Shown piece by piece: positions 48,188-58,340 of a stretch of 64,000 nt of DNA. Source of the stretch: Chloroflexota bacterium (lineage in GTDB: Bacteria > Chloroflexota > Dehalococcoidia > SZUA-161 > SpSt-899); NCBI GenBank assembly GCA_013203045.1, contig JABMQN010000014.1:28373-92372 (forward strand), in the 5' to 3' direction. The first letter of the stretch is position 1. Each line of letters starts with the position of its first letter. A program made the position numbers and the translations under genes. Under the pieces are notes generated by a model. The model saw only the letters and a program-made list of their open reading frames with translations. It did not search any database and was not told the DNA's origin.

Positions 48188-49390
48188 TTAGGACTTACCT
48201 TTTAGAGATGACATAAGATAGGCTGGAAGGTATTTGCCGAATAAATCCCGCCATGGACCTAAGCGCTTCAAACCATCTAACACTAATTCGCCATGCCAAT
48301 CAAAGGATCGATAGGAAGAAGTAAGTAAAGACTCATGAATGTTGTTATCTCGAACGACGTTAAATATACTGATGATCCGCTTGTCTGATAATCTGTTGTA
48401 TAATCTCCGTGCGAAATACTCCGTTCTAAGTTCTCTCCCCAGCTTTGCTTTCCACAACTTTTCATATCGAGCGAGGCGTCTACGGGAGAAGTTATTCGTA
48501 TTCAGTGATTGATGAAGAACATCAGAGGCGAAGTCAGCGCATAGCAACCCGAAATAAATCCCTCCTCCAGTTGTTGGCTTGGCTTGCCCTGCAGCATCCC
48601 CGACTACCACTACTCGATCACCGTAGGTCCGAGATAAAGGTTTTAGAGGAATCCCTCCATACTGAATAGTCACATTACTATCCACAATCTTACCTTCCGA
48701 ATCAAGTTGAGACAGTAGTTTTTTTAAATACTCCCCGGGCTTCTCCTTTGCACCAAGCCCAACTCTTGCCCTACCATCCGTAATTGGGACTAGCCATGCA
48801 AAGAAACCGGGAGCAATCTGATGACTGAAATAGACTTCTACTTCATCGATACCTTTTGTTTCCACCTCACACTGGGCTCCGAGAACATAATTCTTGATTT
48901 GCCCCAGTCCCAATTCCGAAGGTATTTGAGAGCCGAACCCGCTGGCTACGACAACAACCTTGCCCCGATACCGTGCCGTATCCCCATCGTGAACGACATC
49001 GATCAAAACTGCATCGTTTGAGATCGAAATATTTTCCACCTTGCTACCCAGGAAATATTCTGCGCTTGCGTTCTGAGCCTTAATAGCCATCGATTGATCA
49101 AATGCAATTCTATCCACGATGTACGCTTGCGCTTCATCTTTGCTTACCCTGATGAATTCACCGGAGGGTGCGAAAAGTTTAGCCGATTTTGCTTCCCGCA
49201 GAACACAGCTTGATTCAACATTAAATAACTCTGCACACTCACGACCGATGATCCCGGTGCAACAAAGTTTATTCCCAATCTGCTGGTACTTTTCAAATAC
49301 CCCCACTCGATACCCAACTTCAGCTAACCGATAGGCCACTCGGCTACCGGCAGGCCCGGCACCAACTATCAGAACATCATATTCATTCAT
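48188..49390 (-). CDS. Geranylgeranyl reductase family FAD-dependent oxidoreductase
   Basis: 400 aa. YDVLIVGAGPAGSRVAYRLAEVGYRVGVFEK is a GxGxxG motif and ...CCTGII... is typical of geranylgeranyl reductases. Confidence 0.65.
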   Translation of the reverse strand: MNEYDVLIVGAGPAGSRVAYRLAEVGYRVGVFEKYQQIGNKLCCTGIIGRECAELFNVESSCVLREAKSAKLFAPSGEFIRVSKDEAQAYIVDRIAFDQSMAIKAQNASAEYFLGSKVENISISNDAVLIDVVHDGDTARYRGKVVVVASGFGSQIPSELGLGQIKNYVLGAQCEVETKGIDEVEVYFSHQIAPGFFAWLVPITDGRARVGLGAKEKPGEYLKKLLSQLDSEGKIVDSNVTIQYGGIPLKPLSRTYGDRVVVVGDAAGQAKPTTGGGIYFGLLCADFASDVLHQSLNTNNFSRRRLARYEKLWKAKLGRELRTEYFARRLYNRLSDKRIISIFNVVRDNNIHESLLTSSYRSFDWHGELVLDGLKRLGPWRDLFGKYLPAYLMSSLKGKS

Positions 49391-49980
49391 GATATGGAAC
49401 CTTTTTTGAAAAATCGCACCACATGACGATGTACCAGCAATCGGAACCCAATAGGAATCAAGACGATCAATCCGATGATTTCGGGTATATATGCCTTAGG
49501 TCTTGTGGTAGCGCTTTCCCATATCAAACCCATAAAATCGCTTACATCTTTATCCGGGAAGCTTATTCCGTCAAGGGGCCAGAACAATGTGTGTGGCGCA
49601 TTCCACATTTCGTCGAAAATGAGATGTGTGGCACAGCCAAACGACAATACGAGAACTCCTGTCTTTCCATATCGCCGATAGCGATAAAACCCAATAGAAA
49701 AAATAATAAGAAAGAATAACAACGTATGGCAAATTATTCGGCCATTATCGAAGGTATCACCAAAGAGATAGATACCTATCAGCTTATCGACATCCGGGAG
49801 CATCGATCCCACCAGAACCAGCCGATAGTCTATCTTTCCGGCAATTGAAGCTAGTCGAAAGGATTTAGCTGAACTTTCTGCATCATCACCAATTCCGGAC
49901 GATGCAGACTTCCTGGAAAGAACCTTATCCAATCCGTAAGCTAAACCCAGAGTTATGCCAGTATGACCAAATAACAGCAT
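49387..49980 (-). CDS. Membrane-bound metal-dependent hydrolase, YdjM-like (DUF457)
   Basis: 197 aa polytopic protein with conserved His/Asp (MLLFGHTGITLG...HLIFDEMW). It overlaps the downstream gene by 4 nt. Confidence 0.45.
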   Translation of the reverse strand: MLLFGHTGITLGLAYGLDKVLSRKSASSGIGDDAESSAKSFRLASIAGKIDYRLVLVGSMLPDVDKLIGIYLFGDTFDNGRIICHTLLFFLIIFSIGFYRYRRYGKTGVLVLSFGCATHLIFDEMWNAPHTLFWPLDGISFPDKDVSDFMGLIWESATTRPKAYIPEIIGLIVLIPIGFRLLVHRHVVRFFKKGSIS

Positions 49981-50023
49981 GCGATTAATATGGTTTAATA
50001 ACGATCGTTATAAAACAGTTAAA

Positions 50024-50440
50024 TCATTCTCCGATTATTTGAAATACGATTTCCCTCATCCGGGAACGATTGTCAAAATCAACAAGGATAACCTGTTGCC
50101 ACGTACCCAGAATAATAATTCCATCATTAAATGGTATTGCTAGAGAACATCCCAACAACGAAGCCCTCACATGAGAATGCCCATTCCCATCTCCCCACCG
50201 TTTATCATGACCATAGGGAATTCCCTGCGGCGCTACGCGCTCGAAAAACTCCTTGAGATCTGATACCAGACCAGGTTCGTATTCCACAGTAGTGATCCCA
50301 CAGGTGGAATGTGCCACAAATACAGTCACCGTGCCAGTATTTAACCCACTATCCCTAACAGTCTCAGTGACTTGGTGTGTAATATCTATGATATCGCAAT
50401 TACCCCTGGTTTGAACCCGGATGCTCTGCGTGCTAATCAT
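50024..50440 (-). CDS. YjbQ family secondary thiamine-phosphate synthase (UPF0047)
   Basis: 138 aa. ...DITHQVTETVRDSGLNTGTVTVFVAHSTCGITTVEYEPG...HSHVRASLLG matches the YjbQ family. Confidence 0.8.
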   Translation of the reverse strand: MISTQSIRVQTRGNCDIIDITHQVTETVRDSGLNTGTVTVFVAHSTCGITTVEYEPGLVSDLKEFFERVAPQGIPYGHDKRWGDGNGHSHVRASLLGCSLAIPFNDGIIILGTWQQVILVDFDNRSRMREIVFQIIGE

Positions 50441-50504
50441 ATCCTAAGCCCCCCCCATATTCTGAATGATAGCTAATTATATCAGGTTCGGCAAAGGTGG
50501 TATA

Positions 50505-51110
50505 ATGAATTTACTCATGGATTTCTTCGAGACTGTTCGTAGAAGGCGCAGTATTCGTCACTTCACCGATGCCCCGGTTCGTGATGAAGACTTAATGGCA
50601 ATGATTGAAGCCGCCCGACTTGCTCCGAGTCCACGTAACGAGCAACCATGGCATTTCATCGTAATCCGTGATCAGCAGGCAATATCCAATCTCAGGGATA
50701 TCGTGAATGCATTGCTCGATGCTCAAATAAAAGGAGCCGATAGTAAAGCACGCAAGAAAGCATTGAAGAACAAGCGATTCGGCGCTACCAACGTGTTCGA
50801 TGCCCCTGTTGTTGTGGTCGTATTGACCAAACCTTTCCCCAATCCCGACCCCGCCAAACAACCAATTTTCAATCAGGGTTTGCAGGGTGTTTCGGCTGCG
50901 ATAACACACTTTCATCTGGCAGCTACTGCACTGGGATATGGTGGATGCTGGGTAGTGCTTCCACTCGAACTGGCACAATTTGAAATAGAGGCGGTATTAA
51001 GAGTGCGGAAGCCGTGGTTCGCGGTAGCCCTTCTATCCGTGGGAGTTCCTGCAAAAGCAGCAGGAAAAACCAAACGCAAACCCATCGAGGAGATCGTAAC
51101 CTTCGAATGA
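50505..51110 (+). CDS. Nitroreductase family protein
   Basis: [20 protein letters not shown] is typical of nitroreductases. AGGTGG lies 6 nt upstream of the ATG at 50505. The supplied ORF starts at an upstream ATG. The stop overlaps the tsaD start (ATGA). Confidence 0.85.
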   Translation: MNLLMDFFETVRRRRSIRHFTDAPVRDEDLMAMIEAARLAPSPRNEQPWHFIVIRDQQAISNLRDIVNALLDAQIKGADSKARKKALKNKRFGATNVFDAPVVVVVLTKPFPNPDPAKQPIFNQGLQGVSAAITHFHLAATALGYGGCWVVLPLELAQFEIEAVLRVRKPWFAVALLSVGVPAKAAGKTKRKPIEEIVTFE

Positions 51111-52117
51111 AAATCCTTGGAATAGAGACATCCTGCGATGAAACCGCCGTAGCGGTCGTCGAGGATGGCACGAGTATTCTCTCGAATGTCATTGCTTCCC
51201 AGGTAGAAATTCACAGCCGATACGGTGGCATTGTTCCTGAAATAGCTTCGCGCCAGCATCTTTTAGCTTCCATCCCTATACTAGAAAAGGCACTTCAGGA
51301 TGCCAATATTCAACTCGAAGACATTGATGCAATTGCGGTTACTAATGGTCCCGGGCTTGCCGGCTCGCTGGTGGTTGGAGTAAACCTGGCAAAGTCGCTT
51401 GCCCTGGCCAGTGATCTGCCCCTGATATCGGTGAACCATCTGGAAGGACACATTTATGCTAATTGGCTGGATGAAAGGAATACCCCCGAATTTCCTCTTC
51501 TTTGCTTGATCGTTTCTGGTGGACACACTGACTTGGTTCTAATGACAGACCATGGCAAATACGAGCAACTGGGTAGAACCAGGGATGATGCTGCCGGGGA
51601 AGCTTTTGATAAGGTGGCAAGATTGCTGGGTCTGGGCTATCCGGGAGGGCCTGTGATCGAGAAAGCAACGATTGGAATTGAAAACCCTCGCCGGTTACCA
51701 CGAGCCTGGCTGAAAGGCACTGATGACTTCAGTTTTAGTGGACTAAAGACAGCCACACTTCACATGGCGCGAGATTTGGAAATAATCGCAGATGAGCCAT
51801 CACCCGCTATTCACAAAATAGCAGCAGAGGTAGCTGCCGGATTCCAAGAATCGGTGGTAGATGTGCTGGTTACCAAAACATGTGAAGCGGCTCAAAAATG
51901 TAATGTAAGGCAGATTCTCTTGGCCGGTGGGGTAGCAGCCAATACACAATTGCGTGAAACTATGACAAAACGTACACCTGTACCGATTTCCATTCCAAGT
52001 CCCATACTTTGTACCGACAATGCAGCCATGATCGCTTCATGTGGCTATTTTAGGTTTGTTGCAGGAGAAACCTCAAGATGGGATCTGGATGTGAATGCAA
52101 ACTTACAGCTCGTTTGA
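51107..52117 (+). CDS. tsaD: tRNA N6-adenosine threonylcarbamoyltransferase
   Basis: [21 protein letters not shown]... and HLEGH metal-binding motifs. The supplied ORF is extended 31 codons upstream into the nitroreductase gene. Confidence 0.9.
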   Translation: MKILGIETSCDETAVAVVEDGTSILSNVIASQVEIHSRYGGIVPEIASRQHLLASIPILEKALQDANIQLEDIDAIAVTNGPGLAGSLVVGVNLAKSLALASDLPLISVNHLEGHIYANWLDERNTPEFPLLCLIVSGGHTDLVLMTDHGKYEQLGRTRDDAAGEAFDKVARLLGLGYPGGPVIEKATIGIENPRRLPRAWLKGTDDFSFSGLKTATLHMARDLEIIADEPSPAIHKIAAEVAAGFQESVVDVLVTKTCEAAQKCNVRQILLAGGVAANTQLRETMTKRTPVPISIPSPILCTDNAAMIASCGYFRFVAGETSRWDLDVNANLQLV

Positions 52118-52234
52118 AATATGTGTCCTCTGTGAACTCTGTGGTTTTGGTTCCGGGAGTCCCAGCCGTAGCTGACGAAGGCTGGTTTGTCCGAGTTAGA
52201 AACTTATATATAACCAGAGAAAAAGGCTAAACTT

Positions 52235-53041
52235 ATGGCTCAGTTTAATGGCCCTATAGATATATTGAAACTCCTCGATAGCTCAAACTGCGGAAAATGT
52301 AATAAAAAAACCTGCATTGCCTTTGCCGGTGCGGTATTCAAAGGGCAAAGTAAGCTTGAGAAGTGCCCGAAGCTGGATAGCGATATCATTGAGCAATACA
52401 GCGGGTTCACCTCAAATTACATATCCTCTGAACAGTTAGGTGATAACGCAATACAAGCATTGAAATCCCAGGTTGCCACAATCGATCTCGCTTCAGCTGC
52501 CCAAAGGCTGGAAGCGCAATACTCAGACGGAAAACTGACAGTCAAGTGCCTCGGAAAAGACTTTAGCGTAGACACCGAAGGAAATATCATCACCGAAATC
52601 CATGTTAATCCCTGGGTAACACTTCCCATTTTGACCTATATTATCGAAGGCGCCGGGAACCCGGTTTCCGGGGAATGGGTTACCTTCAGGGAACTGGACG
52701 GCGGTGAGTACAAGTATCCGCTCTTTGAGCAAAGATGCGAAAAACCCCTCAAAAAGGTCGCTGATACCTATACCGGCCTTTTCGAAGATATGCTCCACAT
52801 CTTCAACGGGAGACATGCGGACTATCACTATCCCGCAGATATCTCGATTATCATGTATCCACTGCCCAAAGTTCCCATCACGATCTGCTATTCCAAGCCA
52901 GAAGACGATCTCGAATCCAGTCTCACTATTTTTTTCGATTCAGCAGCCGTGGAAAATCTCAACCTTGAAGGAGTGTTTTCCCTGGGAGTTGGGCTCACCA
53001 TGATGTTTGAAAAGATCGCCTTGAGACATAGCAGTCGATAA
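52235..53041 (+). CDS. DUF3786 domain protein with an N-terminal putative Fe-S cluster motif
   Basis: 268 aa. The N-terminal CGKCNKKTC motif is CGxCxxxxC-like, as in RnfC/AcsC-type Fe-S domains. The remainder resembles DUF3786, a family often encoded near corrinoid methyltransferase genes. Confidence 0.5.
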   Translation: MAQFNGPIDILKLLDSSNCGKCNKKTCIAFAGAVFKGQSKLEKCPKLDSDIIEQYSGFTSNYISSEQLGDNAIQALKSQVATIDLASAAQRLEAQYSDGKLTVKCLGKDFSVDTEGNIITEIHVNPWVTLPILTYIIEGAGNPVSGEWVTFRELDGGEYKYPLFEQRCEKPLKKVADTYTGLFEDMLHIFNGRHADYHYPADISIIMYPLPKVPITICYSKPEDDLESSLTIFFDSAAVENLNLEGVFSLGVGLTMMFEKIALRHSSR

Positions 53042-53048
53042 ACAAAAT

Positions 53049-53639
53049 ATGGCCGAAGATTCTCTTAACGATCTTACTCAAAGATTAATCGAACTCGGAG
53101 CTAGCGATGCCAGGTTTATTGCCGCACATTCAATCGTGGTTGAAGATCGTTTTGCTGAGATGTGCGCTTCGCCCCAATGTCCGAGTTACGGTCTGGCGCC
53201 AGGCTGTCCGCCTCACGTAATGAAACCCGGCGAATTCAGAGCTCTTCTGAGCCAATACAAGCACGCCATAGCCTTCAAAATTGATGTTCCTACTGCTGTT
53301 CTTATGAGCGATGGCCGTCGTGACGTCGCTAAACTCATTCATGAGATGTCTTCCACCGTTGCGAGGTTGGCAAAAGAGAACGGTTTCCCCAAGTCGGACG
53401 GTTTTGCCGCAGGCTCCTGCAAAATGATTTTCTGTCATGATCAAGCCCGATGTGCAGTGCTGGATGGAGACGGTGAATGCCTTTTCCCGGACATTGCCCG
53501 GCCTTCCATTTCCGGCCTCGGCGTCAATTTTCTTGAACTGTGCAAGGTGGTCGGTTGGAAAGCAGATATCATTACTTCAGAGACCGATCCAGAAGATGTC
53601 CCTATGGGAATGTTAGCGGGATTGGTCTTGATTGGGTGA
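53049..53639 (+). CDS. Cys-rich predicted metal-binding protein, DUF2284-like
   Basis: 196 aa with two cysteine clusters (CASPQCPSYGLAPGCPPH; CKMIFCHDQARCAVLDGDGEC). It is probably coupled to the upstream DUF3786 gene, with an 8-nt gap. Confidence 0.4.
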   Translation: MAEDSLNDLTQRLIELGASDARFIAAHSIVVEDRFAEMCASPQCPSYGLAPGCPPHVMKPGEFRALLSQYKHAIAFKIDVPTAVLMSDGRRDVAKLIHEMSSTVARLAKENGFPKSDGFAAGSCKMIFCHDQARCAVLDGDGECLFPDIARPSISGLGVNFLELCKVVGWKADIITSETDPEDVPMGMLAGLVLIG

Positions 53640-54947
53640 TTCATCTATGATAACCGGGCAACGATCACATCGCTGATCCTGACAAAAAGTCTTGTACAAA
53701 TGAATCATCCCCTGTTGCCGTTTTGCCGATTTGGCTTTCCCTGATGTTACATTACCCCAGAAGAGTTCATTGAGGTATCGGGTGATCTGATTCTCCCCGA
53801 GCCGGGGATAGGCTCCATACAATTCAGAGACATGTTTTTTAATTTCATCCTGAGCATTCATCTGAGCCCAGCTATAAAAGAATGGTAAGACTACATTCAC
53901 TGTAATTTCACGCGCTCGCCCTTGTCCCAGAAGGTCGGGAACAATAAAACCTCTCTCGATCTTTGTTGCGTATTTGCCAGGATTTGCTTCTCTCACAAGA
54001 TTCAGCAATTGCTTCAATAATCCTTCTTCAAGATAACTGTCGAGAAGATACCCTGCAGCCAGAAGTCGAGAAGTTGGGAAATTCTTGGGATGCATACGGA
54101 AAAAGTGCCAATCTGCATAACTCATGGAGTTACTGGCACTCAACAAATCCCATGTTCTCTCCAAGTTGCTAATTTCAACGGAACGACTCAGTTTTGATTT
54201 TCCATCACATTGTGAAGGCAACAGACCTGCAGAACCCAGAAGCAGTGCTTGCAGCATGAGCGTTCTATTTACGGGTTCTTGTTCTCGTATGATGCTTTCA
54301 ATAACTCGATATGGCAATCGCTGAGCCAATTCCTCAAAAGCTTTCTTGTTCTTGGTATAACCCAAAGCTCCCATCAGTCGCTGATAAATAACCTGCTCCG
54401 GTTCTTCAATTATTAGGTCAATTTCAAAGGACGCTGATTTTAAATAAAACCGCTCGATACCATACTCATCCAGGATTTCGCCTAGCCTTTCCTCGCCCAA
54501 CCTTTCTCCGATTCGTTGGCAGAGCAGCGATGGTATCTGATGAGATTCTGCTCGAACAGCGAGATCATCCATCGAACCGTTGAGATAATCTCGAAGCGGC
54601 AGGGTTGGGATATGGTCGCCATTTTCAAGTTAAGCAGGTTTTTTCGAATCGTCCCAAAAAACCACTTGCAAAATAACGTTGTTGAAATGAGGATCGAGGT
54701 GGTGCCCATGAGAGCGCCAGTCACTCGACTTAACATGAAGCTCGATATCGCCAGTAACTACTTCATCATCGAGGACAATTGTTGCATTGAGAAAATCGGG
54801 GCCACTATCCTTGTTTTCCCTTCCTGCCCATTTCACTCTGACAACTCTGCCGTCACTTGCAGGGAAAGGTCCTTGCTTAAGCCACTGGCCTTTCCATATA
54901 TGTGATAGCAGGCTTTCTGGAACTCTCTTTAAATTGAAATCAGTCAT
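53613..54947 (-). pseudogene. DUF2851 family gene interrupted by a single in-frame TAA (nonsense codon at 54630-54632)
   Basis: The N-terminal ORF (54630-54947) carries the DUF2851 signature ...HIW...GPDFLNATIVLDDEVVTGDIELHVKSSDWRSHGHHLDPHFNNVILQVV. The C-terminal ORF (53613-54572) is in the same frame. The 19 codons between them are open, so only one TAA separates about 105 aa and about 338 aa. Confidence 0.5.
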
Positions 54948-55033
54948 TGTTCGAAGATATATTATGGAATGTCATTGCAAGGAGGTCAGAAGGACCGACG
55001 CGCTTCGCTCGCGATGACACTGTTCAAATGTTT

Positions 55034-56041
55034 TTATAAGAGAAATTCTATAAAGGAATTCAACTGGCTATCGAATTCCTCTGTAATACGAGTGCCGTCT
55101 TGCTTCAGAGCAATGAGGTTATCCTGCGAAGCATTATCCATATCAGGATCGGCGAGCTGTAGTTCACCATTGATCCTTAAATACTGGTCAGACTGACCAA
55201 CCGCATCGTAGATCTGCGCCATTTGATAATCCACAGTTTCTGAAACACCTGACATCATGATATCTATTAAGGGCTTAATCCATTCCACCATTCCCCAGTC
55301 CTTGGCATCTTTATATTCATAAGATTTCTTGACATAACCAGTGCCAATAGAGAGAATCGCCATATCTTTTGCAGAAGGATTGCCTTCGAACTTCTTTCTC
55401 ACTTCAGCATAAGCACAAAGCGAAGGATTATTCGCGAATACCCCACCATCTATGCACGGGTATGGTACCCCTGTCACCGATAGCAAGCGTTGAGCTTCAA
55501 AATACGTTGGTGCCGCTGAAGTGGCCCTGGCTACGTCCTTTACCAAATAATCGTGCATTTCCTTTTGTTTCGCATCGTGTTGGGTGAAGAACCTGGCTCG
55601 TCTTGATTCGATATCGTAAGCAGTTATGAGACAGGGCTTCAAAAGCTGACTGAGCTTAAGGTCTCCGAGATAGCTTTCCAGAGTGTCCTCGAGTTCTTTA
55701 GCATCGTATTTCTCATCGCTTATACCTCCCCCCGATCGTACTTTTTGCCAGAGGGACGTATCAAATATTTTTCCGCCTTTTAACAAATACAGATCCACAG
55801 CTTCCTGAGCAGAAAACCTAGGTCGTGATGGATTCCCCTTTATATCAGGGCAAAGATAAATACATGTTAGAATCCCGCCAGTGCTGGTTCCGGCTATCAG
55901 ATCAAAAAAGTCTGAAATTCTAGCATCCGGATTCTGCGAATATTTTTGTAACTTCCCCTCTAAAACCAGCAGTACTTGACCCGGAATAATTCCTCTAATT
56001 CCTCCTCCGTCAATAGTAAGAATTCGTGTTAGATTAGGCAT
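55034..56041 (-). CDS. Patatin-like phospholipase
   Basis: 335 aa. It has the oxyanion-hole motif DGGGIRG, the nucleophile elbow GTSTGG, and a catalytic Asp region (IDGGVFANNP). Confidence 0.85.
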   Translation of the reverse strand: MPNLTRILTIDGGGIRGIIPGQVLLVLEGKLQKYSQNPDARISDFFDLIAGTSTGGILTCIYLCPDIKGNPSRPRFSAQEAVDLYLLKGGKIFDTSLWQKVRSGGGISDEKYDAKELEDTLESYLGDLKLSQLLKPCLITAYDIESRRARFFTQHDAKQKEMHDYLVKDVARATSAAPTYFEAQRLLSVTGVPYPCIDGGVFANNPSLCAYAEVRKKFEGNPSAKDMAILSIGTGYVKKSYEYKDAKDWGMVEWIKPLIDIMMSGVSETVDYQMAQIYDAVGQSDQYLRINGELQLADPDMDNASQDNLIALKQDGTRITEEFDSQLNSFIEFLL

Positions 56042-56061
56042 TCTACTCCTTTTAGCTACTA

Positions 56062-56529
56062 CTATCGGAAGGTATCCATGGCACCATATGCAGCGCGCAG
56101 TCTGTTACCCAATATTTGGGCTAGCCTATCCATCACTTTATATCCAACTTCGGGCCTGGTCTCTAACATTTCTCTCAATTCATCTCCGGAAAGAGATACA
56201 ATCGTCGTTTGTTTCTGGCAAACTGCTGATGCGGATGCACTACAAGGATCACACAGCATTGATGACCACCCCAATCCTCTACCTTTTCCCAGCAGGTCAA
56301 TCGTCATCGATCCTTGACGCTCACCAAGAGTGACAGAACGCATTAACGCAACCTGACCTTCTGCTATGAGATAAATCCTTCGCCCGAATTCCCCTTGTGC
56401 GATTACAGTATCTCCGGCATTGTAGTCTTCAACACGACACAGAGTTGCAATCCGCTCGACATCTTCTTGATCCACACTACTAAACAGCTCGCATCTTCGT
56501 AAAGCATCGACTATCTCAGAAGATACCAT
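56062..56529 (-). CDS. Stand-alone cyclic nucleotide-binding (cNMP) domain protein
   Basis: 155 aa. It is a CAP-family effector domain (...ELFSSVDQEDVERIATLCRVEDYNAGDTVIAQGEFGRRIYLIAEGQVAL...) with no DNA-binding domain. Confidence 0.75.
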   Translation of the reverse strand: MVSSEIVDALRRCELFSSVDQEDVERIATLCRVEDYNAGDTVIAQGEFGRRIYLIAEGQVALMRSVTLGERQGSMTIDLLGKGRGLGWSSMLCDPCSASASAVCQKQTTIVSLSGDELREMLETRPEVGYKVMDRLAQILGNRLRAAYGAMDTFR

Positions 56530-56572
56530 TTTGCCACCTCCTCGCCATTTTGTTCTCTGAAAAGACTATGCA

Positions 56573-57787
56573 TCATGTTACTTTGCTACGATTTGACTCC
56601 ACGATCTCTATGTAATAACATTTGCCGGCCAGCTGAGTCTGCTCTAAATAGTAAAGTCGGGGAAAAGATTGGGAACACTTTACCACATTTGGAATGAATA
56701 CTTTTTCATGGGGATAGATACCGATAACTCGAAAATTGTCAGAGGAACCTTGCTTTCCAAGCGTTTTTGCGATTTTGGCCGCATTTCTCAAAATCCTTTG
56801 TTCTGATGGATTCTCAATATCAATCGTGAGTCGGTTACTGTTTCCGTTCGCCGTGGCGGATTTCAAAACAGCGATAGCATAATTGGTGTAGTTTAACTGC
56901 TTCCATTCTCGGGGCTTTGTGATCGAAAGCACTTCTTTCCACAGGCGGCTTGCTTCTGAGAGTATTCCCTTCACTTTTTCAAAATCAGCCGGTTTTCCTC
57001 GATCGACGGTCTCTTTAATGTAGTATTCAACACTATCCAGTGGCTGGCAGATTTCTATTGGCAAACCAATCCTTTTTCTCATGACAGCAATTATCTTCTC
57101 GGCATGCCTATTCACCTGAGCAATCCAGTGAATCATCATCTCTTTTCCAACAAATCCCTTATTGTAGGCCTCCATCAGATAGAAACAATACTCAACCGTT
57201 GGCATGGCTACGATAGCCTTAGAGAACGCTTTACTCCCCTCTTTCATTGCAGTAATTAGATCTGTAAGCCGAACTACCGCGTCCATTTCATATAAGCATA
57301 GATTTTCTGATATCTCCAACGATTTTATCTTACTTGTGATTCTCGTTTTGGGAGCTACTATTGATACGACTTCACCATTTTCCAAAGTGGCAGTTGCATT
57401 TGATGCGCAGAACAAACAGGTATCGGTCAGAATGTTTATCTCATCCGGAGGATCTATTTTATGCTTTTCGATACCTATACTTTCGCCTTCTAGTCTTACA
57501 TATTGGTAATTGCTGTTTGGAAGGACCAGTCCCAGATAGCGCCCAGCAATTTCCTGCTCACCACGCGAGTTTTTGGTCAATGTATGTTCCAGATAATCCC
57601 CAATCAAACAGGTTCCTGCGGGGAATATTCCTGCTTTCAAGTATGAATCGAAGATCGTCACCACCCTTTTGGTATGCTTCGATTCATCTGCAAGAGTTTT
57701 TCGCTTCACGGACATATTTCCGTAATAGAATTCCTCTTGAAGCGAACTGTTTGATGGATGTAAAGTATAATGATCTTTCCTGGCCAC
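56573..57787 (-). CDS. Hypothetical protein with no recognisable family, first gene of the cNMP-binding / patatin operon
   Basis: 404 aa, same strand as the next two genes, with 44-nt and 21-nt gaps between them. I did not recognise any catalytic motifs. Confidence 0.3.
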   Translation of the reverse strand: MARKDHYTLHPSNSSLQEEFYYGNMSVKRKTLADESKHTKRVVTIFDSYLKAGIFPAGTCLIGDYLEHTLTKNSRGEQEIAGRYLGLVLPNSNYQYVRLEGESIGIEKHKIDPPDEINILTDTCLFCASNATATLENGEVVSIVAPKTRITSKIKSLEISENLCLYEMDAVVRLTDLITAMKEGSKAFSKAIVAMPTVEYCFYLMEAYNKGFVGKEMMIHWIAQVNRHAEKIIAVMRKRIGLPIEICQPLDSVEYYIKETVDRGKPADFEKVKGILSEASRLWKEVLSITKPREWKQLNYTNYAIAVLKSATANGNSNRLTIDIENPSEQRILRNAAKIAKTLGKQGSSDNFRVIGIYPHEKVFIPNVVKCSQSFPRLYYLEQTQLAGKCYYIEIVESNRSKVT

Positions 57788-57803
57788 AGGTACCTCTGAG
57801 ACA

Positions 57804-58103
57804 TTATTTATCTACGGACTCTTCATTTTCAGCATGCTTTTCAAGCGCACGCTGTTGAAGCTCGTGTATCTTGTTGTTCCATGACCTTTCTCCCCGCCCA
57901 TAGTGCAGGTAAACAAGAGGGCCAATTACCATAGGATAAACGATTACCAAAATCCAAATAACCTTACCTACAAGTCTTATGTGTGCAAGTGTGAATAAAT
58001 CTTTAAGAGCAAATATCACCAGTATCAAATGAACAATGCTTGCACCAATAAAGAATAACCCTATGCTGTCCATTTCGTTTTCCTTGCTATTTGCACTCAG
58101 CAT
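57804..58103 (-). CDS. Small membrane protein, PLD-nuclease N-terminal (PLDc_N) domain family
   Basis: 99 aa with two transmembrane helices. ...PLVYLHYGRGERSW... resembles the PLDc_N signature. Confidence 0.45.
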   Translation of the reverse strand: MLSANSKENEMDSIGLFFIGASIVHLILVIFALKDLFTLAHIRLVGKVIWILVIVYPMVIGPLVYLHYGRGERSWNNKIHELQQRALEKHAENEESVDK

Positions 58104-58340
58104 ACATCACGAAGTCCGGCAACTCAAGCATTTGAATGGTTTGTGATGACGAACCCAACACAACAGCACACATTCAACGAATATCGATCGATAATGAGGA
58201 GAAAGAAGAAGGTTAGTGTTATGTCACATTTTAAATGTCATTCTTGAGCGAAGAATCTCAATACCAATCAGAGAGATTCTTCGGTCATCCATACGGGTTT
58301 CCTCAGAATGACAATGCGTCAGATCAGGGTTGACTTAATA

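Noticed and set aside
56573-57787. Assigning the 404-aa protein as a cGAS/DncV-like nucleotidyltransferase (CD-NTase) to complete a CBASS system with the patatin gene
   Set aside because: I found no GS...[DE]h[DE]h nucleotidyltransferase motif and no other cyclase motif (GGDEF, DAC, class III). The call is left as hypothetical, and the operon is reported only as a candidate system.
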